Positions 7,743 through 16,783 of a DNA stretch of 64,000 nucleotides are shown here, piece by piece. The notes beneath the pieces were generated by a model that made no database searches, had not been told where the DNA came from, and worked only from the letters and a program-made list of their open reading frames with translations. The translations under genes were made by a program, and so were the position numbers. Positions within the stretch are counted from its first letter, which is position 1, and every line of letters begins with the position of its first letter. Location: IMG/VR virus record IMGVR_UViG_3300036715_003906, positions 62,001 to 126,000 of that record; one strand, written 5' to 3'.

Positions 7743-10700
7743 TCAGCTATCGACGAAGATCGAGAGGAGTCCCTGGCCGGGGTCCCGGACCAGGCGGTAG
7801 GTGTGGAAGCCCCCGTCGTACCAGTCAAAGGGGATACCTCCGAGCACCTGGGCATTGTGCAGGTCGACCAGGAGGACGTACCGCTCGCCGAGGGGCGACG
7901 TGAGGAAGGCGAGGGCCGCCGTGACGTTCGGAGCGGCCGACATGCCCAGGCGGATCTGCGAGTCCCCGAGGCCGAAGGTGCCGTCTTGCACGATCTTGAG
8001 CCGGAAGGAGACCTCCGTGATGAGGCCGGGGGAGTCGGGGAGAGGGGTGGCGTTGCGGTAGACCGTCCGTGTGGCACCCGTCGTCCCGTAGGTGAGGATG
8101 CCGCCGAAGACCGACGCGGTCACCTGGCTGTCGTCGTCGCTCACCTTCTGCCAGGGCGTGGGGGCCGAGGGGTCGCTCTCGGGCAGGGTCCCGCCGTCGT
8201 AGCTCAGGCAGACCTCCTTCTGGTACTGCACCCCCTCCAACGTGGGGCCGGGGCAATCGCAGAAGGGCTGGAGAAGGCTCGCCTCGCCCGTCTGGGTCTC
8301 GATGACGTCGAGGGCCGTGTAGAGGACGTCGTCCGGGTAGACGATCTCCACCTTGGTGGCCCCGTCGTTGAGCGCAAAGTCCCCGTCCGTGTTGAGGACG
8401 TCCTCGGGCCGGTTCAGGGCCGAGAGGAAGACCGTCTGGGGCATGAGCTTCCGCACCTCCAGCGTCTGGGTCGAGGGGACCAGGGGCGTCCCTTCGTTCA
8501 GCAGGGTAAAGGCGACCAGGTTCGGGTCCGTGAGGAAGTCGGGGTACTGCTTGGGGGGGATGCCGTCGCTCCCGGCCCAGAAATCCGTGTGCGTGTGGGG
8601 GAGCTGCGTGAGGACGTGCTCGGGGCTGGCCATCACGTTCCGCTGGTTGAGCACCATCCCCTGGGGCACGATCCGAAGCTCGGTCGGGCTGCGTGTCATG
8701 CCGTAGCGGACGAAGGCCCAGGACGTCTGCGTGAGCGCCGCAGGATCGAAGGCCCCGAAGGACACGGAAGCCATGCCCTCCGCCGCCACGTTCGGCACCC
8801 CCGCGCTGGACGGGGGGAAGTTCAGCTCGTTCAGGTCCACCCGCAGGAGAGGCGCGGGGTCGCTGTCGAGGATCACCGTGACCTCGCCCGTGGGGCTGCG
8901 GACCAGGCGATACCGGTGCGGCGTCGTCCAGTCGGTCTCCCGCGGGAGGCGGTAGCCGACCACGGAGGGCTGCGACGGGAAGATCGTGGCCACCACGATC
9001 GTCGTCGCCGTGACCGCCGTGACCTCGTAGACGCCCGCGTTCGGGCCCACGTCCACGACCAGAAGGTCCCCCGCCGCCGCGCCCTGGGCCACGAAGTTCT
9101 GGCCCGGGTCGGAGAGGACGTTGCCGCCCACCGCCCCCTCCCCCGAGGCGCGCAAGGGCAGGTGGAAGTCCCGCAAGGTGCCCGTCGTGCCGCCGTTCCA
9201 GAGGCCCGCGTAGCGTCTCTCGCTCGGCCAGACCTTCCAGGTGTTCACGTAGGACCAGTCGACGACGGACTGAGCGAGCTGGCTCGCCGCCGTGGCGCTC
9301 CCGAAGGACACCATCCCGACCACCGAAGCGGGGGGGACGACGAAACTCGCGTAGGAGACCGTGCCGAGAAAGACGCTGTCGACGAAGAGGCTGACCAGGC
9401 CGCCGCCCGTGCTCTTCACGATGCGGTAGGTGTGGTAGGCCCCGTCGCGCCACTCGAAGGGCACCTGCCCCCCGGCAATCGGCACCCCGCCGCTGTGAAA
9501 GGTGACGTACCTCACCCCCGCCACTTCCTGGAGCATGATCCCGAGGAAGCGAGTCGAGTCGTACACGTCGAGGGTGACGCCGGCAAAGCCGCCAGGGTCC
9601 GGCGACGAGGACACCACCCGGACCCGGGTCTCGGCCACGTAGTCCCCCGGGCCCACCACCCGGGCGTCATCCCCGGGCAGGGCCACATCATCGACGAGGT
9701 ACACGCGGCCGTCCGTCGTGCTGGCATCGGAGATCCGCAAGGTCCGGCCCACCATCGCCGCCGGGGCCGTGCCGAGGGCGCTCCAGGGGGTGGGCGTCCA
9801 GTCGGTCGGCAGGCTCCGCCCCCCGTAGCCGAGAATGGGCGCGGCCCGGTCGGCAAAGAGGCTGAGCTGCATGAGCCGGGTCCCATCGTCCACGGCCGCC
9901 ATCACCGCGTTGGGCACCGGGCCCTGCGTGTGGGATCGGAGCTGGACCGCGACGTCGAGGACGACGTCCGAGGCCATGGTGAGCAGGGGTTCCAGGCGCA
10001 GGTAGCCCCGGAAGTCCCCGTCAATGAGGCCCGCCGCCGTCGAGGAGCTGGCCGTCGTGGCGCTCGTCGAGTCGAGCAGCATCGCCCCCGAGGGGAGGAA
10101 GGTCTCCGTCCCATGGTAGCCGACCGGCGTCCAGAGGGGAGAGGCCGCCTCGGGGGGCACGTTGCCCTCGTAGGTGACGAACACCGACGGCGCCGTCTGG
10201 AGGGGGTTCGAGGGGAGCACCGTGTAGCGGACGAAGTCCCAGATCGACCGGCTCATCGCCTCGCGGCTGAGAGACCCGAAGAAGACCCCCTGGATCTGGT
10301 CGAAAGGGTCGTTCAGCTCCGCGAGGAAGGGCAGGTCCGAGGGGATCACCCGCAGGGTCTCGACCACGCTCCCGTCCACGTAGATCCGCAGCACACCGTC
10401 CGTCCCTTGCAGGACCCGGTAGCTCCGAAGCGTCGACCAGTCGAAGACCGCCGGGGCCAGGGTGGGGAGGTTGTCGCCGTCGAGACCCCCGGTCCACGAG
10501 CTGACCTGACCCGGGTCGGCCCCGCCGCCCGCCCGCAGGACACCCACCTTGAGGATGCCTCCGTCGTTCAGGAAGCCCACGATGAGGGCCCGCTCCGGCC
10601 CCGCAAACCCCGCCGCGACGCCGGACCACACGCCCTCGGTCGCGGTCACCAGGGGCACCTCGACCTGCCAGGTCATGGCGAGGACATGGGGGAAGGTCGT

Positions 10701-13520
10701 GTCGACCGGCCGGACCCAGAAGATCGGGTTGCCTGCCGGGAAGGGGCCCGTGGTGGTGTCCTCGACCACGAGCCGGTCGCCCGACAGCGTGGCCGTCCCC
10801 AGCCCCTTGCGAGTCCAGGGGGCCAGGCTGTTGCCCTCGGGGAGCGCCACGGGCTCATAGCTCACGAAACTCTCGTCGAGCTGCCGGCCGAGAGGGGGGT
10901 AGGCCACCTTGTGGAGAGGCGTGTTGAGCAGCAGGCGCCCCGGGTCATTCAGGGCCGCCGTGTAGGCCCGCTCGTAGGCCCGGTACTTGAGATCTCGCTG
11001 GAGCGGCTGGTCGAGCTGCGCGAGGGGCACCACCTGGTCATCGAGGAAAGCCCAGTCCGCGGCTGGCGAGGACAGAGGGGCCGGAGACACCGTGACCGAG
11101 GTCGCCGACACGATGGCCGTGACCCGGTACGGGAGACCCGCATTCAGGCCCCCGAGGGAGAGGGTGAGCCCCACGAAGGACGGGAGCACCTTGGCCCCCG
11201 GCAAGGTCACCGTGGCACCGGACACCGTGGCTCCGCTCCCCTCCTGCACCACCTCGGCCGGGCTAAAGTCGCTCGGGGTGAGGAGGACGTTGCGGTAGGC
11301 GTAGACGTGGCCGCTGCCCCCCGGGAAGAGCTGGGCCTTGTTATTGAGCCGGAACTCGCGGGAGTTGAGCCGCTGCACGCTGACCTGGGGGTCGCTGATC
11401 CAGGAGTAGTCGACCTTGACCACGTCCGCCGGGCCAGGGGCCGCCGTGAGAACCACTTGCCCGAGGAGCCCGATCACGGACTCCACCGTGACCGGCGTGC
11501 CGTTGACCCTGACCTGGACGTGGCTCGGGTCGTCGGCGATCTCCCCGTCCCTCGGGTCGTAGACGGTCCACGTTGCCCCCGGGGCCCCCACGTCGGGGAG
11601 GCGCAGGTTCGCCGCCACCTTGCACCGGGTCCCGCTCTGGACCGACGTGATCCGGTAGTCCCCGTCGTTGCGGGCCGTCCCGGAGAGGGACAGGTAGCGC
11701 CCGACCACGGAGGGGGTGAGGCCAGCGCCTCCGAGGTCGAGGGTCACTGCGTCGACCAGGGTCGTCCCCGTGCCCGTCTGGAGGGTCAGGGGCGGCCGGG
11801 CGATGGGTCCGTGGTCCGTGAAGACACTGCGGACCGCCAGGGGCACCACGGCGTTGAAGGCGGCCTGGTGAGCCGCTGGGTCGATCGGGTTCCCGGCCGA
11901 GTCCTTGGGCGTCCCCGTGGCGTTGACGGTGAGGGTGTAGGAGCCAACCCCGAGGCCCGCGACGTCGAGGAGAACGTCCACATCGGACACCGTCCGAACC
12001 CCGAGGACCTCGACGGTCGTGGGGCCCGTCACCCGGTACTCGGCCGGGTCCGTGAGGGCCTTGTCACCTCGCATGGACCCCGAGAACGTGACCAGGAGGC
12101 TGCCCTCGGGGAGCTGCACGACGCCCGTGACCGTGGGCAGGGGCGCGACCGAAACGAACGTTGCCTGCCCCTCGTAGGGCAGCCCATCCGTCCTCCGCAG
12201 CCCCCGAACAACCAGCCGGTAGGTCTTGCCGCGCGTTGACAGATTCGTTGTCAGCAGAATCGACGTGACCGCGGTCGTGAGCCTCCAGGGCAGGGTGCCG
12301 TTGCCGGGGGTCAGCGGGAAGAGCGGCGTGTCCACCCGCACCGTGTCGGGAGCAAGGAGCGCCTCAACCCGCAGAGGGGGGTAGCCGTCGAGGTGAACGT
12401 AGCCCCCGATGCGGGAAGGCCCGAGACTCTGTCCGGGGAGCTGGAGGGCAAAGGAGCTGACCGAAGGGGGGGCGGAGACAAGGAGGGCGCCCGACCCCGA
12501 TGCAACGTCCGTGAAGGACGGGGAAGCATCGAGGACCACGAGCGGCACGCCCCCGTCTTCGGCGATCAGGGTAAAGAGCGAGGCATCGGGCGTGCGATCG
12601 ACCCGGAGCGGGTCGGGGAAGGTCACCTGGATCTGCTCCCCCCCGATCGGCACGAGGACGAGAGAGGCGAGCTGGACGCTATCCGTGACGAGGACCGTGT
12701 CGTGCAGCAGGACGCTGCTCCCGGTGACCACGGACACGGCGTCCGCGAGGGTGATCGTGTCCGCCAGGGCATCGACAGCCGTCTCGACGATCGAGACGCC
12801 GTCCGACACGGTCACGGTGTCGACAAGGAGCACATGAGCGTCGAAGCCGGTGCTGGCTTGGTCGGAGACCGTGACCGCGTCCGCGAGGGACACGTCGAAG
12901 CTCACCTGTGTGGCCGCCTGATCCGCAACGGTGACCGTGTCCGCCACCCCCAACGAGCCCGAGGCCACAAGGTCCACAGCATCCGAAGCCGTGACCGTGT
13001 CTGCCAGCCCGGCGCCCTGCCCTGCAAGAGCCGACACGGCGTCGGACACGGCCACCGTGTCCGCCAGGCCCGCCGTGGTGGCCACGACAGGCGAGAGCGC
13101 ATCGGAGACCGTGACCGTCTCCGTCAACGTCACCGCCTGACCCTGGGACAAGGTCTGGGCGTCCGTGACCGTGACCATTTCAATCAGGGGGAGCTGGTTG
13201 CCGTTGGTCGCGGTCCCTGCATCCGACACCGTGACCGTGTCGGACACGGCCAGGGAAGTGCCCCAGGCAAGGGCGACGGCGTCCGAAACCGTGACCGTAT
13301 CGGCCAAGGACGCGGTGAAGGCGTTGGTCGCAACGGCGCCTCCCGGAAGGGTCCGGCTGTGGCTCGTCTTGGTCTTCCCCTGCTGCGTGCTCGGGGAGTT
13401 CGTCGTGGTGGCGGAGCGAAGGTAGGACTCGGCCCCAACCTTGATCCCGATGGGCGAGAGGCGGCTGACCTTGGGAGAGCCCGCGCCCCGGCGCTCGCTT
13501 TTACCCTGTGCGACGCTCAC
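7743..13520 (-). CDS. Giant multidomain virion protein (about 1925 aa): 20-aa repeat stalk, Ig-like domains and repeated lectin-like beta-sandwiches
   Basis: Start re-called at GTG 13520 (GTGA overlap with the upstream stop). The first 183 codons of the track ORF overlap real genes in other frames and are atypical. Repeated [FT][DE]W-x(2-5)-[HR]xYR[VIL] motifs. Confidence 0.8.
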   Translation of the reverse strand: MSVAQGKSERRGAGSPKVSRLSPIGIKVGAESYLRSATTTNSPSTQQGKTKTSHSRTLPGGAVATNAFTASLADTVTVSDAVALAWGTSLAVSDTVTVSDAGTATNGNQLPLIEMVTVTDAQTLSQGQAVTLTETVTVSDALSPVVATTAGLADTVAVSDAVSALAGQGAGLADTVTASDAVDLVASGSLGVADTVTVADQAATQVSFDVSLADAVTVSDQASTGFDAHVLLVDTVTVSDGVSIVETAVDALADTITLADAVSVVTGSSVLLHDTVLVTDSVQLASLVLVPIGGEQIQVTFPDPLRVDRTPDASLFTLIAEDGGVPLVVLDASPSFTDVASGSGALLVSAPPSVSSFALQLPGQSLGPSRIGGYVHLDGYPPLRVEALLAPDTVRVDTPLFPLTPGNGTLPWRLTTAVTSILLTTNLSTRGKTYRLVVRGLRRTDGLPYEGQATFVSVAPLPTVTGVVQLPEGSLLVTFSGSMRGDKALTDPAEYRVTGPTTVEVLGVRTVSDVDVLLDVAGLGVGSYTLTVNATGTPKDSAGNPIDPAAHQAAFNAVVPLAVRSVFTDHGPIARPPLTLQTGTGTTLVDAVTLDLGGAGLTPSVVGRYLSLSGTARNDGDYRITSVQSGTRCKVAANLRLPDVGAPGATWTVYDPRDGEIADDPSHVQVRVNGTPVTVESVIGLLGQVVLTAAPGPADVVKVDYSWISDPQVSVQRLNSREFRLNNKAQLFPGGSGHVYAYRNVLLTPSDFSPAEVVQEGSGATVSGATVTLPGAKVLPSFVGLTLSLGGLNAGLPYRVTAIVSATSVTVSPAPLSSPAADWAFLDDQVVPLAQLDQPLQRDLKYRAYERAYTAALNDPGRLLLNTPLHKVAYPPLGRQLDESFVSYEPVALPEGNSLAPWTRKGLGTATLSGDRLVVEDTTTGPFPAGNPIFWVRPVDTTFPHVLAMTWQVEVPLVTATEGVWSGVAAGFAGPERALIVGFLNDGGILKVGVLRAGGGADPGQVSSWTGGLDGDNLPTLAPAVFDWSTLRSYRVLQGTDGVLRIYVDGSVVETLRVIPSDLPFLAELNDPFDQIQGVFFGSLSREAMSRSIWDFVRYTVLPSNPLQTAPSVFVTYEGNVPPEAASPLWTPVGYHGTETFLPSGAMLLDSTSATTASSSTAAGLIDGDFRGYLRLEPLLTMASDVVLDVAVQLRSHTQGPVPNAVMAAVDDGTRLMQLSLFADRAAPILGYGGRSLPTDWTPTPWSALGTAPAAMVGRTLRISDASTTDGRVYLVDDVALPGDDARVVGPGDYVAETRVRVVSSSPDPGGFAGVTLDVYDSTRFLGIMLQEVAGVRYVTFHSGGVPIAGGQVPFEWRDGAYHTYRIVKSTGGGLVSLFVDSVFLGTVSYASFVVPPASVVGMVSFGSATAASQLAQSVVDWSYVNTWKVWPSERRYAGLWNGGTTGTLRDFHLPLRASGEGAVGGNVLSDPGQNFVAQGAAAGDLLVVDVGPNAGVYEVTAVTATTIVVATIFPSQPSVVGYRLPRETDWTTPHRYRLVRSPTGEVTVILDSDPAPLLRVDLNELNFPPSSAGVPNVAAEGMASVSFGAFDPAALTQTSWAFVRYGMTRSPTELRIVPQGMVLNQRNVMASPEHVLTQLPHTHTDFWAGSDGIPPKQYPDFLTDPNLVAFTLLNEGTPLVPSTQTLEVRKLMPQTVFLSALNRPEDVLNTDGDFALNDGATKVEIVYPDDVLYTALDVIETQTGEASLLQPFCDCPGPTLEGVQYQKEVCLSYDGGTLPESDPSAPTPWQKVSDDDSQVTASVFGGILTYGTTGATRTVYRNATPLPDSPGLITEVSFRLKIVQDGTFGLGDSQIRLGMSAAPNVTAALAFLTSPLGERYVLLVDLHNAQVLGGIPFDWYDGGFHTYRLVRDPGQGLLSIFVDS
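12670..13310 (-). repeat. About 11 tandem 20-aa repeats (consensus xLADTVTVSDA...) within the giant protein
   Basis: Direct reading: SLADTVTVSDAVALAWGTSL / AVSDTVTVSDAGTATNGNQL / ... / LLHDTVLVTDSV. About 60-bp period with gtgaccgtgtc recurring. Confidence 0.9.
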
Positions 13521-13702
13521 GGGCCGGACCGGAGGAGGGTGTAAGCCGCGTAGGTGCTCCCCTGCTGCGTGCTCGGGGAGTTCGTCGTGGTGGCGGAGCG
13601 AAGGTAAGACTCGGCCCCAACCTTGATCCCCTGGGGGGAAACGCGGCTGACCTTGGGGATGCTCGCCCCCCTTCGCTGGCTCGGACCTTGGTCGACGCTC
13701 AC
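13377..13702. repeat. Direct repeat, two 144-bp copies (13377-13520 and 13559-13702), offset 182 bp
   Basis: Both copies encode MSVxQG.S.RRG...PKVSR.SP.GIKVGAESYLRSATTTNSPSTQQG. The last ~73 nt differ at one position. Confidence 0.95.
13517..13702 (-). CDS. 61-aa micro-protein paralogous to the N-terminal 48 aa of the downstream giant protein
   Basis: GAGG RBS before GTG 13702. Its stop overlaps the next start (GTGA). Confidence 0.7.
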   Translation of the reverse strand: MSVDQGPSQRRGASIPKVSRVSPQGIKVGAESYLRSATTTNSPSTQQGSTYAAYTLLRSGP

Positions 13703-13714
13703 GGTGCCTCACGA

Positions 13715-15361
13715 TCAGGAAGAGGCCGGGGTGCTGACACCGTCGTAGGGGCCGATGATGAGCCCCGGGTAAGACGACGTCGGGGTGAAGACCTGCATGA
13801 ACGTCAGGCTGTCCCAGGAGTCGTAAGCCGCCCCCGTGGGCACAGCATAGAGCCACCGGAACGTCCCCTTGCGGTGCTTCTGCGAGGCGTTGACCGAGAT
13901 GGCCCAGATGGGCTCCCGGACCGTGATGGACGCGGGGTGGCACGCCACCCGCTCGACCGTGCCCGTGTTCTGGATGATGCACAGACCGCCGGCTTGGGGG
14001 GCGTAGAGGGCCGAGAAGAAGTAAAAGGGGTTCCACGAGTCGCTCGTCGAAAACCCTCGACGGCGCCACCCGAGATGGTTGGCCGCCCAGGTAGCGGAAG
14101 CGTAACTGTAGCCGTCGGAGCTGGAGACCGTGGTCTGTGCGGCCTGGGAAGAGGTGCTGACCGCACCCTGGTACCAGAGGAAGGGGTCAAGGTCTCCGTC
14201 TTCCGTGTCATCCATCCGGTGGAGTGCAAACCCCGTCGAGGCCGTGGTGTTGAGACCAGGCATCCCGGACAGGAACCAGAAGGTGCCGTCCGCAGATACG
14301 CCCGTCCGGTTGATGCAGTCCACCGCGACAGACTGGGTCTTCGCCGTCCCGATGTTGCTGTCCTGGCTGCCCCCCCAGACCCTATGGTTCGTGGACCCGA
14401 GGGTGCCTACAACAGCCATGGCGTAATAGGGCGTGAAGAGTGTGGTCGGGTCGTTGGCCGTTCCACCCCCACCGGGAGGCACCGTGGCCGTGCATCCCGC
14501 CGTCCCGGTGAGCTGGGAGAAGCGCTGGGCGTTCTCCGTGCCCGAGCTGTCGGTGCAGCGGACGTAATAAAGGGTGCCTGAGTTCGTGTCGGTGTTCTTC
14601 CAGAAGACCACCTCGGACACGTAGGTGACGACGGGGGCGCTCGGGGTGACCGTGGCCCCCGAGGTCGCGCCCGTGATCTGATGCGTCGAGTCAAAGGTCC
14701 CGACCCGGGGGAGAACGGTCAGGTAGCTCGTCGAGACGGTGTCGAAGATGTAGCCGATGATCTCGCCCTCGGCGCTGCTCGTCGCCTGCGTGATCTTTTC
14801 GCCCCGGAGGAAGGTCCCGACCGAGGCCGCGTTGATCGGCACCTTGAGCACGTCCGGGCCGCGAGCTGCCCACCATGCGGAGACCGTCTCCAGCGGGTTG
14901 CCGGACGTGGCATAGACGTCCAGCTCGGGGTCGATCTCCGACCATGTGATGGACCCGTTGTGGGCGTCCGTCGCGACCGCCGCCGTGTTGCGGATCGTCA
15001 CGGACGTGGCCGAGAGGAAGGAAACGATCTGCCAGGTGCCGTTGTTGGCCGCCGAGGCCGCGCCCGTGATCTTGAGGTAGCGGCCGACCGAAGACGTGGT
15101 CATGCCGGTGACGCCCGTAACGGTCTGGTCCGCCCCCGCGACCGTGGTCAGACTGGCCGCCGCCGCCGTCTGCGCTCCCACCTGAACGCCCGGCCCCCAA
15201 TTGTCGTTGAAAGGGTTGCCCGTGGTGTCCTTGGTCGTGCCGTTCGAGGAGGCGATGTAGCGCCAGCCGGCCTTCTTCATTTCACGGGTAAGCCACCATA
15301 CCCCGAAAAAGAGGTTGTTGGCCGAGGGCATCAGCTTGTTGGTCGCAAAGGCGTTCGGCAT
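13715..15361 (-). CDS. Tail fibre/receptor-binding-like protein, 548 aa
   Basis: Thr/Ser/Gly-rich. Contains ITGAASAANNGTWQIV and GTFLRGEKITQATS modules common in phage fibres. More A/T third positions in the C-terminal half. Confidence 0.55.
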   Translation of the reverse strand: MPNAFATNKLMPSANNLFFGVWWLTREMKKAGWRYIASSNGTTKDTTGNPFNDNWGPGVQVGAQTAAAASLTTVAGADQTVTGVTGMTTSSVGRYLKITGAASAANNGTWQIVSFLSATSVTIRNTAAVATDAHNGSITWSEIDPELDVYATSGNPLETVSAWWAARGPDVLKVPINAASVGTFLRGEKITQATSSAEGEIIGYIFDTVSTSYLTVLPRVGTFDSTHQITGATSGATVTPSAPVVTYVSEVVFWKNTDTNSGTLYYVRCTDSSGTENAQRFSQLTGTAGCTATVPPGGGGTANDPTTLFTPYYAMAVVGTLGSTNHRVWGGSQDSNIGTAKTQSVAVDCINRTGVSADGTFWFLSGMPGLNTTASTGFALHRMDDTEDGDLDPFLWYQGAVSTSSQAAQTTVSSSDGYSYASATWAANHLGWRRRGFSTSDSWNPFYFFSALYAPQAGGLCIIQNTGTVERVACHPASITVREPIWAISVNASQKHRKGTFRWLYAVPTGAAYDSWDSLTFMQVFTPTSSYPGLIIGPYDGVSTPASS

Positions 15362-15426
15362 GGGATCTCAGGCTCCTCGCGGAACAAAGCGACGCCTGCT
15401 TGAGGCGACGGTAGACAAAGGTTGTG

Positions 15427-15930
15427 CTACCCGAGGGTGAGGGTGAACGTGACCGCCAGCGTGTCGTTCGTGTTCAGCGTGCGGGCCGAAGCGAAGACGA
15501 CCTCGTGGTTCATGACGCCGCCCGAGGACAGGTTGAAGAGAGCCCCCTTCGACACGAGCTGCGAGGGGCCGCCCGAGTAGGTGAAGGTCCGGGCGACCGC
15601 CGTCTGGTTGCCCGACCCCGTGGCGAGGATGACCGTGCCCTGTGCCCGGGTGAGGCCGTTGCCGGACAGCTCGGACGCCAGCGTGGTGTCCGTGGCCGAC
15701 GCAGCCGTCGCATCGGCGGTCAGGCCGATGTAATTGAAGCCGTTGGCCGGGGGCGTGGTGCTGTAGGCCGCGGTGTGAAGCTGCACCCGGCCGGTGTTGG
15801 TCAGCAGGTTGTGAACCGTCTCGTCGCTGAGGGTCTCGTAGTGCCAGAGGCCGGTCTCGGGGTCGCGACGCACCGGCCGCTTGTGGACGACCTGGACGAG
15901 AGCAAAAGCGGGGATGGGGGTGTCGTGCAT
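15427..15930 (-). CDS. Small tail/fibre-anchor structural protein, 167 aa
   Basis: NLLTNTGR...YIGL...ATDTTLASEL...GALFN...NDTLAVTFTL pattern resembles the collar-like gene at 5886-6548. AGGAG RBS and TTTCTATC motif upstream. Confidence 0.65.
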   Translation of the reverse strand: MHDTPIPAFALVQVVHKRPVRRDPETGLWHYETLSDETVHNLLTNTGRVQLHTAAYSTTPPANGFNYIGLTADATAASATDTTLASELSGNGLTRAQGTVILATGSGNQTAVARTFTYSGGPSQLVSKGALFNLSSGGVMNHEVVFASARTLNTNDTLAVTFTLTLG

Positions 15931-15973
15931 GGCGATCTCCTACTCCGGGTCGCCCGATAGAAAGAACCACGGC

Positions 15974-16783
15974 CTAGAAGTCGGCGGAGTGGTCCTCGTC
16001 CTGCACGGCCTGGTTCTGCTTCTTGCCGAGACGGTCCCGATCCCGGACGCCCCCGCAGTACCGGCGGAAGTCCTCGTAGTAGTAGGCCGACAGCCGCCAG
16101 CGCATCGCGTCGAGGATCTTCCCGAAACTCTCGTTCGGCAGGTAGGTGTCCGTGAAGATGTACCGGAGCCGGTAGAGCGTATGCGCCGGCCGGGCAATGT
16201 CCAGGATCTGTCGCACCGCCGCGTCCGCCTCAAAGACATTCGGAGGGAAGACGCCCCCCGTCACGATGTCCCCCGTGAAGCCGAACTGGTCGGAGATGTC
16301 GAGGCCGCTCGCCCCCTTGCGCACGAGCAGGAAGTTCTCCTTCACCTCGACCACCCCCGACAGGAAGATCTTGATCACGTCCCCCATCGACGTGGGGATC
16401 GACCCCTTGAAGAAGATGCGGATCAGGTTCACGACGAGGCTGCGGAACTCCGCGTCGTCGAAGGTGACCCCCGGGATGCGGCCGTTCAGGAGGACGAAGT
16501 AGCCCGCGATGCTGTAGAGGAACTCGGGCCGCGTCGTGTCGAAGCTCCGGTCACGGTCCACGTCCTCCAGCGCCAGCTCCAGCCGGGCCAGCTCCACCGC
16601 CACCGCCTTCAGCTCCGTCGTGTACGTCGGCCCCTGGACCGTCGAGACGTAGGTCGAGGGGAGCAGGTTGAGGAGCTGCGTGAAGATGGGCTGCGCCCGC
16701 TGGAGCAGGCGCAGGTTGTATTCGCGGCCGGACTGAACCGTCGTGTAGTTCTGCCGGTTCGGGTCAACGGTGAAGCGCGCCAT
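15974..16783 (-). CDS. Baseplate wedge subunit (gpI/gp7-like), 269 aa
   Basis: Follows the baseplate-J-like gene. Has 'EFRSLVVNLIRIFFKGSIPTSM' and C-terminal 'ARPAHTLY' typical of P2 gpI-like wedge proteins. Confidence 0.65.
   Translation of the reverse strand: MARFTVDPNRQNYTTVQSGREYNLRLLQRAQPIFTQLLNLLPSTYVSTVQGPTYTTELKAVAVELARLELALEDVDRDRSFDTTRPEFLYSIAGYFVLLNGRIPGVTFDDAEFRSLVVNLIRIFFKGSIPTSMGDVIKIFLSGVVEVKENFLLVRKGASGLDISDQFGFTGDIVTGGVFPPNVFEADAAVRQILDIARPAHTLYRLRYIFTDTYLPNESFGKILDAMRWRLSAYYYEDFRRYCGGVRDRDRLGKKQNQAVQDEDHSADF

Noticed and set aside
13377-13702. Template/variable repeat pair of a diversity-generating retroelement
   Set aside because: Mismatches are not restricted to adenines, the repeat is at an N-terminus rather than a C-terminal tip, and no reverse transcriptase is present in the window.
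13521-14069. Track start of the 2108-aa ORF; likewise the extended starts of 20445..23813, 53058..54266, 48381..49280 and 24679..24978
   Set aside because: The extensions overlap real genes in other frames and have shadow-like composition. Starts were re-called at RBS- or overlap-supported codons.
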